Shown here: positions 37,237 to 47,859 of the stretch, in pieces
How the letters are laid out: each line of letters begins with the position of its first letter
Numbering within the stretch: position 1 is the stretch's first letter
Assembly (NCBI RefSeq): GCF_000142905.1
Contig: NW_013657630.1
Span: 1 to 64,000 of the forward strand
DNA length: 64,000 bases
DNA from: Thecamonas trahens ATCC 50062
Taxonomy: Eukaryota; Protista; Apusomonadida
Direction of reading: 5' to 3'
Translations under genes and position numbers: made by a program
Notes under the pieces: model-generated
Databases searched by the model: none
Told to the model about the DNA's origin: nothing
What the model saw: only the letters and a program-made list of their open reading frames with translations

Positions 37237-39923
37237 ATGAGCGAGACCCCGCACAGGCCGGTGACCAAGGGCGCGTCCATGACTGCGCTGTTGGAGCAGC
37301 AGCGGCAAAAGGCCGCACGTCGTGGTGGTGGTGTTGCAGACGGTGGTGATCACGGCCACGGGAATGGCCACCCTTCCCAAGCCCCCATGGCAAGCCTTGG
37401 CGTGGAACAGCTGCAGAACATGCGCTCACTCTCGCTCCCACACTCTCTCAAAGAGACTGGTACGTTTTTTCTTGTGGTTCCCTTGCCCATACCCCCCCCT
37501 TCCCCGTCTCCGCCCTTTGCCTGTCGCTCGCCGAATACGCGTGGGTTCAACTCGCTCGGAAAGCTTCGGCCTTCCCACCTCTGCCCCCACCTCCACCACC
37601 CCCACATTGCCCTCCCCCATCACCTCATACTCACCGTCCAACCCTCAACTGTGCTTGTGCTTGCTTGTCCTGCTCTCTCCTCCTCCGCGTCACCCTCCTC
37701 CGCCCGCCACTCCTGCCGCGTCACCGCCGTCCTGCCTCTCTTCGCTCCTTGTTCAACCAATCATGGCACTTTTTGTCGCCTTTCACCACAGGCCCGATGA
37801 ACGCGTCGCTGAAGACGCGGGCCCTGGGTCAGTATCGCCGCCTCATGCGGCAGAACAAGATCAAGAAGCAGTACCAGAACGCGTGGGATGTGTCGGAGCT
37901 CATGGGCGTCTCGCTGTACATGGCGCTTGAGCTCGCACGCGACCGCATCATGGCCGAGGAAGACGCCTCGCGGGTGCTGACCCGCCAGGAGCTTGTTACG
38001 CTCCACACTCTGGTCTCAGACGCCGTTGCCGCGTTTGTGAGCGAGACTGTGCGCGAGGTCGAGGCCCGCGCCGCCCACCGCGCCGCTCGCCGCGCCCGCC
38101 GCATCGCGGCTGTCGAGGCCAAGGCATTGGCTGCTACCTCGGGCGCGAGCCACGATTCGGCCACCGCACACAGCCTCGACCCGTCAGCACACGACTTGGC
38201 GGCGTCGCCGGACTCGGTCGGCTCGCCGGGCCCGCGCCGCCGCCGCCACCGCCGGGAGCCCGGGACCAGCGACCGCCGACGTGCCCCGCTCCGGGTCCAG
38301 TCGTCGCAGTCGCTCTCGGCCGACTCGGACGACTACTCGCCGGAACGGCCCACCCCCACCCGGCAGTTCAAGTCGTCGGCCGAGCTCGAAACAAAGCACG
38401 CGCGCTCCGCAGCCTCGCGCGCCCGTGCCGAGGACCAGGCCTTGAGCGAGGAGTCGGCCCAGCTCTCCGACTCGTGTGACTCGGGCTCTTCGTCGTCAAC
38501 CATCACTTCGCCGTCTCGCGAGGAGGACTCCGGCAGCTCAGACAGCTACAGCAAGGGTGGTGTCTGCCCGCTGCCGGCCGGCGACGCCACCTCAACCTCG
38601 TCGTCGAGTCCGACGTACGGCTCGGGCTACTCGGGCTACTCAGACTACTCGGACTACTCGTCCGAGTATGACTCGGATGGCGAGTCCAGCACCGCAACTG
38701 GCGCCGGCCCGCTCCGCCCGGTCTACGGACCCGACGCCCTGCGCTCGCCTGCAGCCGCCAAGCTTGTCTTTGCTGGTGACGAACTGCGCGAGGTGCTTGT
38801 CAACGCCGTTGACGAATGGGAGCCCGAGCCCGACGGCTCGGCCATGCCCGTGCAGGTCGCCGGCGCGCGGACGCAGGGCTCGCGCTCGCATCTGGAGGAC
38901 ACTTTCCTCTGCACGCCATTCCTGGAGGCGCTGTGCCTGGGCGAGAGCGTGCCGGAGACTGCCCACGCCGAGCCTACCTTCCTGGCCTCGATCTTTGACG
39001 GCCACAACGGCGCATACGCCTCCGAGTACGCCGTCTCGCAGCTCTTCCTCCCCATCGGCAACGCGCTCGCCTCGCGCAGCAGCCTTGCCGGCGCCGAGCT
39101 CGACAACAGCGAGCTCGGCGCCGTGGTCACACTCGCCTGCCTCGACGTCGACGCCACCTTTAACGCCAAGGCCACCCGCGAGTCGCTCAACGACGGCTCA
39201 ACCGCGCTCATTGTCCTCCTCCGCGGCAAAAAGCTCTTTGTAGCCAACGTCGGCGACTCGCATGCGGTCGTCTCGGACGCCGGCACCGCCCACCTCCTCT
39301 CGTCCATGCATTCGCCCAAGCGGCCCGACGAGGAAGAGCGCATCATCAACTCTGGCGGCTCAGTCGTTTGGTTCGGGACGTGGCGCGTCAACGGCTCTCT
39401 CGCCGTCTCGCGCTCAATCGGCGACCCACAGTACCAGGACATCGTCATCCCCAATCCCGAGTTTGCAACCTACGACGTTCTGGACTCGTACGAGTTTGTC
39501 CTTCTCGCCTCGGACGGCGTGTGGGACGTCTTCCCTCACCAGGACGCCGTTGACTTTGTCCGCTCACGGCTCCTCGCCGGCGCCTCGCCCGGCGCCGTCA
39601 TCGACGCCCTCCTCGACGAGGCTGTCCACGCCCGCAGCTCGCCCGACAACGCCACTGCCGTCCTTCTCGTCCTCCGCACCCCCGTCGACGACCCGCCGTC
39701 GCCGGCCTCAGCCGCGCCACCGCTCCTTGTCAAGCACTCCTCCAACCTCGCCATCGTACCCTCGTCTCCCCTGGTGGCCTCGCCCAACTCGGCAGGCGCC
39801 GCCTTTCACAGCAAGTCGCCGCCCGCCGTCACTTGCAACGTCATTGCGCCCTCTTCCCCACTCGTCCGCAAGTCCTCTTCTGAGAGCATCTCCCGCACGA
39901 GTCCAGCAAGTGCTGCATCATGA
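37237..39923 (+). CDS. PP2C/PPM protein phosphatase with long N-terminal extension; probable exon 1 37237-37459, intron 37460-37791
   Basis: QGSRSHLED, IFDGHNG, DGSTA, ANVGDS, RVNGSLAVSRSIGD, LASDGVWD and SPDNAT; the GTACGT/CAG splice is in frame. Start uncertain. Confidence 0.92.
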
Positions 39924-40266
39924 CGGCCCCGCCTCCTCCTCCCACACCCAATGATATGGAGTAGACTAGCCATTGCAAGGATCGAGTGGGGTGCAGTGTA
40001 GAGAGTATTCAACAAGATGTGACAAAGAGGCCGAAAAACCTGCCATCGACTCGTTTGCAGTTCCCTCTCCGCCCCAACACCCGCACTCGCCGTCCGAATC
40101 ATTGGCCAGCTGGCAGACCAGTCGCCACCACTACCGCACAACACCCCACCACCCCGCCCGAAACCAACACCTCGGGAGGGAGGTACCCACCACCACCACC
40201 CACCACCACCACCCACCCACCACCACCACCACCCACCACCGCCACCACTACCGCATACACACACCC

Positions 40267-41081
40267 ATGTCGTCCTTCTCCATTGTTTCCGTCTCGCTCT
40301 CGGACGACCTGTCCACCCCGCCCGAGTCCGAGTCGTCGCTCACCCTGGTACGCCCGCACACGCCCACGCCCATGCCCACACCCATGCCAATGCTGCACGA
40401 GGGGGGGGGGTACCCATGGGGGGAAACGGGGGGAGGGTGCAGCATGGGTGCTATGGTGGGGCTGTTTGGCAGCAGTCTGCCTGCCCACACCGTCCGCTCT
40501 GCCGGCCTGTGGCGGGAGGGAGGGGGAAGAGGGGAAGAAGGGGGGGTGCGTGGGGGGTGGGGGGTGACTGACTGGGAAAAATTTGTTGGGTGCTGGCTTG
40601 CCGACTGGCTCGGGCCTTGCCTCTCGCCTGCCGACCGCATGGGATCGATGGCCTACTGCCTGGTGCCAACACGACTGCGTCGCAACCACAGCTCGAGTAC
40701 CCCATATGCCGCAAGTGCTGCATCTCGCGGGAGGAGCGAGTGACACACAAGGAGGCTATCAAGCGGCAGCGGCGGATCCGCGCACTTCGTGCGGGCCAGC
40801 CTGACCCGTATCCACCCAAGGACGGCAAGTGCGCGTGCTGGGCAAGGCGATGCCCGGCCGAGTGCGTCGTGTGGGACTGCTGCCGCCCGGCACCCGCAAC
40901 CGCCAAGCCGCAGATCCGGTCGGCGGCCAAGCGCAAGCCGGTCCACGACGAGTGCTCCTACTCGCCGGAGCCGCTCTCCTACTCGTCGTCGTCGACCGAG
41001 TGGGAACTCTTCCACGACCTGCGCAAGGCAGGCGGCAAGAGCACCGCGCGCACCTACAAGTCGTCGCGTTCCAGGCCATGA
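40267..41081 (+). CDS. Small Cys-rich hypothetical protein; exons 40267-40347 and 40692-41081
   Basis: Phase-0 GTACGC/CAG splice gives ...SLTL|LEYPICRKCC...CACWARRCPAECVVWDCC. Confidence 0.6.
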
Positions 41082-41172
41082 TCGCCGCCGCCATTTATCG
41101 TCGTCGCCGGCGTACGCATCCATCCTCGCAGAGTAAAGCCCCCGCTGCAACCGCTGCTCCATCGCTCCTCTC

Positions 41173-42093
41173 TCACTCTCTGGCGCTCGGCAGCCGTATG
41201 CACCGCACCTCGTTGCCCATCCGCAGCTCAATGTCGGTGACCCGGGCCGAGATCGTCGACCCGCCGAGGAGCCACGGCTTGCTCCGGTCGATCCCACCGT
41301 CGTCAGCCCTGTCGTCCACATCACACACAGCAACTGAGCTGTGAATCAGCCGCTCGCTGTAGTACCGCCGCAGACCGTACGCAGTCATGGCGCGGTCGAC
41401 GGCGTCAATGAGTGCGCCCACCATCGCCGCACACTCGCTCTCCAGGCCCACCACCGCAAACAGCCGTGAGCCGTCGTCATTGGCCACAAAGCCGAGTTCG
41501 TCGAGGACAAGAACAACGTCAAACGGCCCGACTCCTGCCCTGGCCACCATCTTCTCCACCACCCGCGTCAGCGGCTCCTTGTCCAGCCGCCGGATGGGGA
41601 AGACCCGCGAGAGCGAGACGTGCATCGCCTCCACCGCCCGCCACCGCCCGCCACCGCCCCCGCAGGACGAGTCACAGCGTGCATTGAGCTCGTGGGCCAC
41701 GCCCGCCACACGGGCTGCGTCCTCGCTCCGCAGCCGCAACCGTATGCTCACATGTGTGGCCCACGCTCCGTCGACATGGCCAAACTGTCGCCCGCGCCCG
41801 TCGCGCTCGCTCCCACGCTTCCGGCTCGTCGCAAACTGCGCTGGCAGAGGAGGCAGCGCCCATCCCGTCGTCGATCCCGCCGTCTCGCCGCCGCCTCTGC
41901 TACCACTCGCCCCACTCGGGCCGGCCATGTGCCCACCAGCCACACGTGGAGACGTTGAATGGCCGGCGGCAGACGATGGCGAGCGATCTTCCGCAGTTGA
42001 CGGTGGAGGCGGGGGCGGCGACGGAGACGATGACGACGATGACGACGATGATGACGATGACGACCTGTTGTACGAGGCAAACAGCGCGTCCAT
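41173..42093 (-). CDS. USB1: U6 snRNA phosphodiesterase (2H family)
   Basis: HVDGAWATHV, HVSLSR, NDDGSRLF and YYSERLIHSSVA (two HxS motifs). Confidence 0.9.
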   Translation of the reverse strand: MDALFASYNRSSSSSSSSSSSSSPSPPPPPPSTAEDRSPSSAAGHSTSPRVAGGHMAGPSGASGSRGGGETAGSTTGWALPPLPAQFATSRKRGSERDGRGRQFGHVDGAWATHVSIRLRLRSEDAARVAGVAHELNARCDSSCGGGGGRWRAVEAMHVSLSRVFPIRRLDKEPLTRVVEKMVARAGVGPFDVVLVLDELGFVANDDGSRLFAVVGLESECAAMVGALIDAVDRAMTAYGLRRYYSERLIHSSVAVCDVDDRADDGGIDRSKPWLLGGSTISARVTDIELRMGNEVRCIRLPSARE

Positions 42094-42211
42094 GGCTCTC
42101 GCTCGCGCCAGCACGCTTCTCTTCGGCTCAATCGGAGAGAGGCGTGCGCCGCTTCGGCCTTCACTCCCGCGTCACCACTATGATACAGTTTATGGGCTCG
42201 CCAGCACTGCG

Positions 42212-45200
42212 CTACGGCTGGTATCCCATGATCTTGCGATACGCGGCCTCTTCCTTCCACGTGAGGCGGTCCTTGGACCAATCGGCCGACGAGGTGCGCT
42301 TGGTGAACCGCCGCCGCGGCTGGTAGCCCTTGAACACCAGCTCGAGGTCGCATCCGATGACGTGCTCGGTGAAGATCGAGTCCGGATCGAGCCCGGTCTG
42401 CCGCTCCAGCGCCGCCGCCAGATTGTCCGACTGCGCCCACGTCGGGATCGGTCCAAGCTCGGGACCCTCATCGTCCGAGTCGTCGTTGTCAGAAGGCGCG
42501 CGAAGGCCCGAGATGTCGACCGAGGTGAATTCGGCTGGGGCCTTGGCCACAGCCTTGGCCGGCGCAGCCGCCGGTGCTGCTGACGAAGCCGTTGTCGAAT
42601 TGCCGCCGCCCGACAGCCGCTCGACCTCTTCATCCTTGGCCGCCAGCTGGGCTTTGAGCCGGTCAAGCTCCTTTTGGAACGCCTCGCGCTCGCGAGTCTT
42701 CTCAGCCTCGAGCCGCTCGCGCTCGCGGCGGGCCTCGGCCTCCTTGGCGTCGAGTTCGGCCTGCAGCGCCTTGGCCGCCTCCTCCCGCTTGCGAAGCTCC
42801 TGTTGGATCAGCTTCTTCTTACGGGCCTTGGCCTCGGCCCGCGCCCGCGCGTCCGCCCGCGCCTTGGCTTCGGCCCGCGCCTTCTTACGCGCCCGCGCCG
42901 CAGCCTCGGCAAGCCGGCTCTCTTCGTCTTCCATCTGCAGCGCTGCCATGCGCGCGGCCACGCGCTTCTTGCGCTCGCGACGCTCGGCAGCTTTCGCCTC
43001 GGCCTCGGCGTCGGCAGCAGCCTTGACCGGATCCGCCGGTGCCGCCGGCGCTGCAAATAGCGAAAACGATGTCGACGCCACGCCCGAGGTGTTCGCCACC
43101 TGTCGTGACGCCATCACCTCGTCAACCAGTCGCGCCGCCCGCAGCGACTCATCCATCGCGGCGGTAAACGACGCGTCGTTGGCCACAAACGACGACGAGA
43201 AAGAAGTCGACGCATCGCCACTCGACCCGCCGCCCGGCGTCATGATCATTGAATTGCCGCCAGCCGGGCCCGGCGTCTTGGACGACTTGACCGCTGTCCG
43301 CAGGCTCTTGATCTTGGCCCGGACAAGTGAGAGCCGCGACCGCGCCTTCTCGGTCCCACCCTCACCACTCTCGCCGCCGACCATGCTCTCGTTGCTCTTG
43401 CCAACCAGCGGTGACGAGAATGAGACATCGAGCGCCGACGACGTGTCTGCGCTGCGCTCTGCCGCACCCGCGCCCGAGCCCGAGCCCGAGCCCGAGCCCG
43501 TGGACGTCGTCGACGAGTTAAGAGAGATGTCGAGCGCAGAGTCGGCGCTGGCAATCGCCTCGGCTGCGTCGCGGACCACAGACTCGGTGCTCGCGTCAAC
43601 AGCAGGCGCCGCCACCGGTGCAGGATGTGCCGCCGCTGATGGCCGCTCGGGCGAAAACGCGAGCGCCTTTGCCGGCGCCGGCGACGCAACCTCGGACCAC
43701 GCCGCCATCGCCTGCTGCATCTTGGTCAAGGTCGCGTGACGCTCCGACAACGGCGTGTCGCGCTGCTGGGGTCCAAGCGGCGTCGCGGGTGACGCTGTCA
43801 AGTTCATCGACGTGTTCGGCGTGGCAAACATGGCAGAGCTCGAGCTGGCCGAGCTCTCATTGAGCACATCGACCTCGCCCGCCTCTTCGGCCTCTGCCGC
43901 CACCTCGGACATCATCGAGTCTGCGACCGACGACCGCATCGAGTCATGCGCATCCTCAAAGACTTCGGTCTCGGCCTCGGCCTCAGCAGCCGCAGCAGCC
44001 TCGGCCTCAGCAGCCGCAGCAGCCTCGGCCTCAGCAGCTGCCTTTGCCTCGGCCTCAGCAGCCGCAGCAGCCTCAGCCTCAGCAGCTGCCTTTGCCTCGG
44101 CCTCAGCAGCCGCAGCAGCCTCGGCCTCAGCAGCTGCCTTTGCCTCGGCAGCAGCAGCCGCAGCAGCCTCAGCAATACGCTCAGCCTCGGCAGCAGCCTC
44201 GGCAGCCACGCGCTCCGCCTCCTCGGCAGCAAGGCGCTCCGCCTCAGCCTCGGCAGCGGCCTTCTCGGCCGCAAGTCGCTCGACCTCGGCCGCAGCAGCC
44301 GCAGCCGCAGCCGCAGCCCGTGCCTCGGCCTCGGCCTTGGCCTCGCGCTCCGAAATAGCCCACAGCGCGTCTTCGATCCACTGGTGCAGGCCAGACGCAC
44401 CCGAGCCGACAGCCTGGGCACCACGGATGAGCGCCAGCTTGGCCTTGGCCACCTTGAGCTTGGCCTCAGCCTCGGCCTGCTCGGCAGCGGCACGCGCCGC
44501 CTCGGCCCGCTCCGCCGCCGCCTTCTCGGCTGCTGCCTTTTCGGCCGCAAGCCGCGCCGCTTCAGCCTCCCGCTCCATCTCCGACAGCTTGGCCATGCGT
44601 GCCTCGTGCGCGGACGCCTTGAGCGCGCCCAGTACGCCGCCGACACCCATCGCAGCAGAGACCAAGGCGAGGCGGGTCTCGGCGTCTTCAGCGTCCTCGC
44701 GCTGGATACGGAGCGTAGCCCGCCCGCTGCTGAGCACGCCTCCAACCGACCGCGCGAGGTCGCGTACGAGGCAACCGACCGCGGCGACACGTGCCTTTTG
44801 CTGCCGCTCCCGGACAACGCTGATGGCACCGCTTGCACTGCTGATGGCACCGGCAACCGACCACGCCCCAGCCGCCAGCGCCGCCTTGGCCTCGGCCGCA
44901 GCTTCAGCCGCCAGCCGGGCCTCCTCCATTCGAGCCTCCATTGCCAGCCGTGCCTCCTCCATCTTTCGCCGCAGCTTCTCGGCCTTTTCCTCACGCACAG
45001 CAACAATGGTTCCCGACGATGCCGCCAAGAGTGAGGCGAAGCACCGAATGCCAGCAGCCATTTCGGCGCCAGTCTTTGCCGCTGCAGCTGCAGACTTGGC
45101 CTCGGCCGCACGGACACGGCCGAGCCCGGAACCGGCTCCAACAATCGCCGCGCCGACTCCAGTAGCGAGGCCCGCGAGAGCGGTCTTGGCCTCGTCTGCA

Positions 45201-46941
45201 GCCGCGACAGCCTTGGCCTCTGCTTCGCGATTTGCGCTCAGCGCCGCGCTCATAGAGCCCAAAAGCTGGCCGAGCGCCTGCGAGCCGGAGCAGAGCGTAT
45301 CCATCGCGTTGGCCTTGGCAGCAGCCCGCGACGCCTCAATCACACCGCCGACGTCACTCATCAAGCCGCTATAGTGACGCGCGCCAGCGGCGAATGCAGA
45401 CTTGGCGGCGGCAGTCCGCTGTGTGCGAACACTCTCGCACGCCATCGTCGAGAGGGCGCCTACAAGGCGCGCACCACCGACGAGGCTCGCGACAGCTTCG
45501 TTCTTAGCACGAATATCGGCAGCAACCTGGTTCGACGCCGCAATCGACGCGCCGACAGCGCGGGCGCCGGCACGGAGCTTGAAGCACATCAGCGTGACCT
45601 GGTCGGCCCGCGAGGCCGCGAGCTCCTCGCGGGCGCTCTCGACAAGTCCGGTTAGCCTGGCCGCTGCCCGGCCTGCAGCACCTGCACCGGTCACTAGAGC
45701 GGCCTTGGCCTCGGCGACGTCACGGGCTGTCGTGACATGTGCCGTGACTTTCGAGGCGAGGCCACCGACAAACTGTGCGGCAACCCGAAGTGCTGCCTCG
45801 GCCTCGCTCGCCTCCCGCCGGGTGTGCACGATCTGAGCAACAGCGGCAGCTGCCGGCGCAGCTGCATTTGCCGCCTCACGAAGCGCGACCTTGCCGCGGG
45901 CAGCCTTGACTGCAGAAACCGATTCGGTCGCCGCGAGCCCGACGACAACCGCGGCGCTGACAAGTGCGGCCTTGGCCTCTGTCACCTTGCTCTCCACTTC
46001 CTTGATGTCGGCAGCTGCCTCTGCCGATGTGGCGCGCGTCACCGCATCGCCCTCGATTGACGCCCGCGCCCGCTTGACCGCCACATCGGCATCGAGCCGA
46101 GCCTCGGCCTCGTCGTCCTCGGATTCGTGCCCGCCACGCTTCCGCGAAGCCATAGGCGACTCGCCGCGGCCATCAAGCTCGAACTCGGGAAGCGGATCGC
46201 CGCAGAAGCCAGAGTCATCTCCAAACGCCACCGAGTCCAACCCAAGAGCGGCCCAGGTGTCGGTATCGCCGGAAACGGCCGGCAAATCCGCCTCGGCATC
46301 TGGCTCAGCCTCAGCCTCAGCCTCAGCCTCGGGTGTGAGCGGCTTGCGGCGCTTGGCCCGCCCACGGCCCGAATCCTCCGATACGTCGCCATCGTCGTTG
46401 GCCTCGGCTTCGGACAGCTGCTTGCTGGCCGAGTTGGACGAGGCGCGGCTGGAGTTGGCGCGGACGGGAGCCGGCGAGTTTTCCTTGTCATCAGGCATGG
46501 CCTCAAAAATGGCCTTGAGGGCCATGGCGGGCTTCTTACGCTTCCTGCTCTCACGAATGGTCTCGCGCTTGATGCGGACCGAGGGCGTCTGCGGGAGGCC
46601 GGCCATGTTGCCGCTGTCGCGCGCCGCCAGCCGACCAAAATGCGTTCAAATTTAGTGGCGCCAAAGCCGGCGCGCGCGCGGACAAGACGGGCACAGGCAA
46701 GCCAAAGGCACCAGCCACAGAGACAAGAGTGAGTATGGTATGTCGTGTGGGAACAAAGTATATGGGGGGTGGGTATGGGGGTGAGATAGTGGACGTACCT
46801 CATGTATGACGCGGTGGCGACCTGAGCAATCTCGGCCAGCCACTCCATGTTCTCCTTGCCCAGGGCGCGGACAGCCTGCAGCTGGGTCTCACAGGCATCC
46901 ACGAGCGCAGCCTCGGCCCGCCGTACATACGACTCGGCCAT
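42212..46941 (-). CDS. INCENP: Inner centromere protein; exon 1 46799-46941, intron 46614-46798
   Basis: C-terminal IN-box IPTWAQ...DPDSIF...DLELVF...KRTSSADWSKD; N-terminal EWLAEI..GLPQTP joined in frame by the GTACGT/CAG splice; long helical middle. Confidence 0.9.
43970..44165 (-). repeat. Coding tandem repeat (AEAEAAAA/AEAEAKAA)n in INCENP
   Basis: 24-bp gcctcggcctcagcagc... units. Confidence 0.9.
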
Positions 46942-47095
46942 TGTGGTGTTGGGCTGGATGGACCCTGGCTGATGAGAGAGAAGAGTGTCCTGACAACCCA
47001 AAGTCGTCGTTCTGTTGTGGCCACCGCAAGCCGGCGCGCACTGTCCGCCACCGCACCATTGATCAATCAAACGTCCATTAATCGTCCCCGCACAC

Positions 47096-47287
47096 ACCAA
47101 CCATTAATCATACACCCCACCAACCATTAATCATACACCCCCACCAACCATTAATCATACACCCCCACCAACCATTAATCATACACCCCCACCAACCATT
47201 AATCATACACCCCCACCAACCATTAATCATACACCCCCACCAACCATTAATCATACACCCCCACCAACCATTAATCATACACCCCCT
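47096..47287. repeat. 24-bp minisatellite, about 8 copies, abutting a gap
   Basis: Unit ccattaatcatacacccccaccaa. Confidence 0.95.
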
Positions 47288-47289
47288 CT

Positions 47290-47693
47290 NNNNNNNNNNN
47301 NNNNNNNNNNNNNNNNNNNNNNNNNNNNNNNNNNNNNNNNNNNNNNNNNNNNNNNNNNNNNNNNNNNNNNNNNNNNNNNNNNNNNNNNNNNNNNNNNNNN
47401 NNNNNNNNNNNNNNNNNNNNNNNNNNNNNNNNNNNNNNNNNNNNNNNNNNNNNNNNNNNNNNNNNNNNNNNNNNNNNNNNNNNNNNNNNNNNNNNNNNNN
47501 NNNNNNNNNNNNNNNNNNNNNNNNNNNNNNNNNNNNNNNNNNNNNNNNNNNNNNNNNNNNNNNNNNNNNNNNNNNNNNNNNNNNNNNNNNNNNNNNNNNN
47601 NNNNNNNNNNNNNNNNNNNNNNNNNNNNNNNNNNNNNNNNNNNNNNNNNNNNNNNNNNNNNNNNNNNNNNNNNNNNNNNNNNNNNNNNNNNNN
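47290..47693. other. Assembly gap
   Basis: Run of N. Confidence 0.99.
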
Positions 47694-47859
47694 NCCCCCC
47701 CCCTTCCCCCGAAAAAACTCACCATCAATCGAACGTTCGTTCAATCATAGTTCTCGCCAGTCGCACATACTCCCCCCCCCACCACACACACACGCACCAC
47801 CCTCCAACACACACACTCTCTCACACACACACACACTCTCTCTCTCTCTCTCTCCCACT

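Noticed and set aside
36765-37240. Frame with in-frame TGA codons (AE*WP, LE*CEPC) as a selenoprotein
   Set aside because: No recognisable selenoprotein fold or SECIS element; weak codon bias.
47096-47287. Possible CRISPR array
   Set aside because: Head-to-tail repeat with no spacers and no cas genes, in a eukaryotic context.
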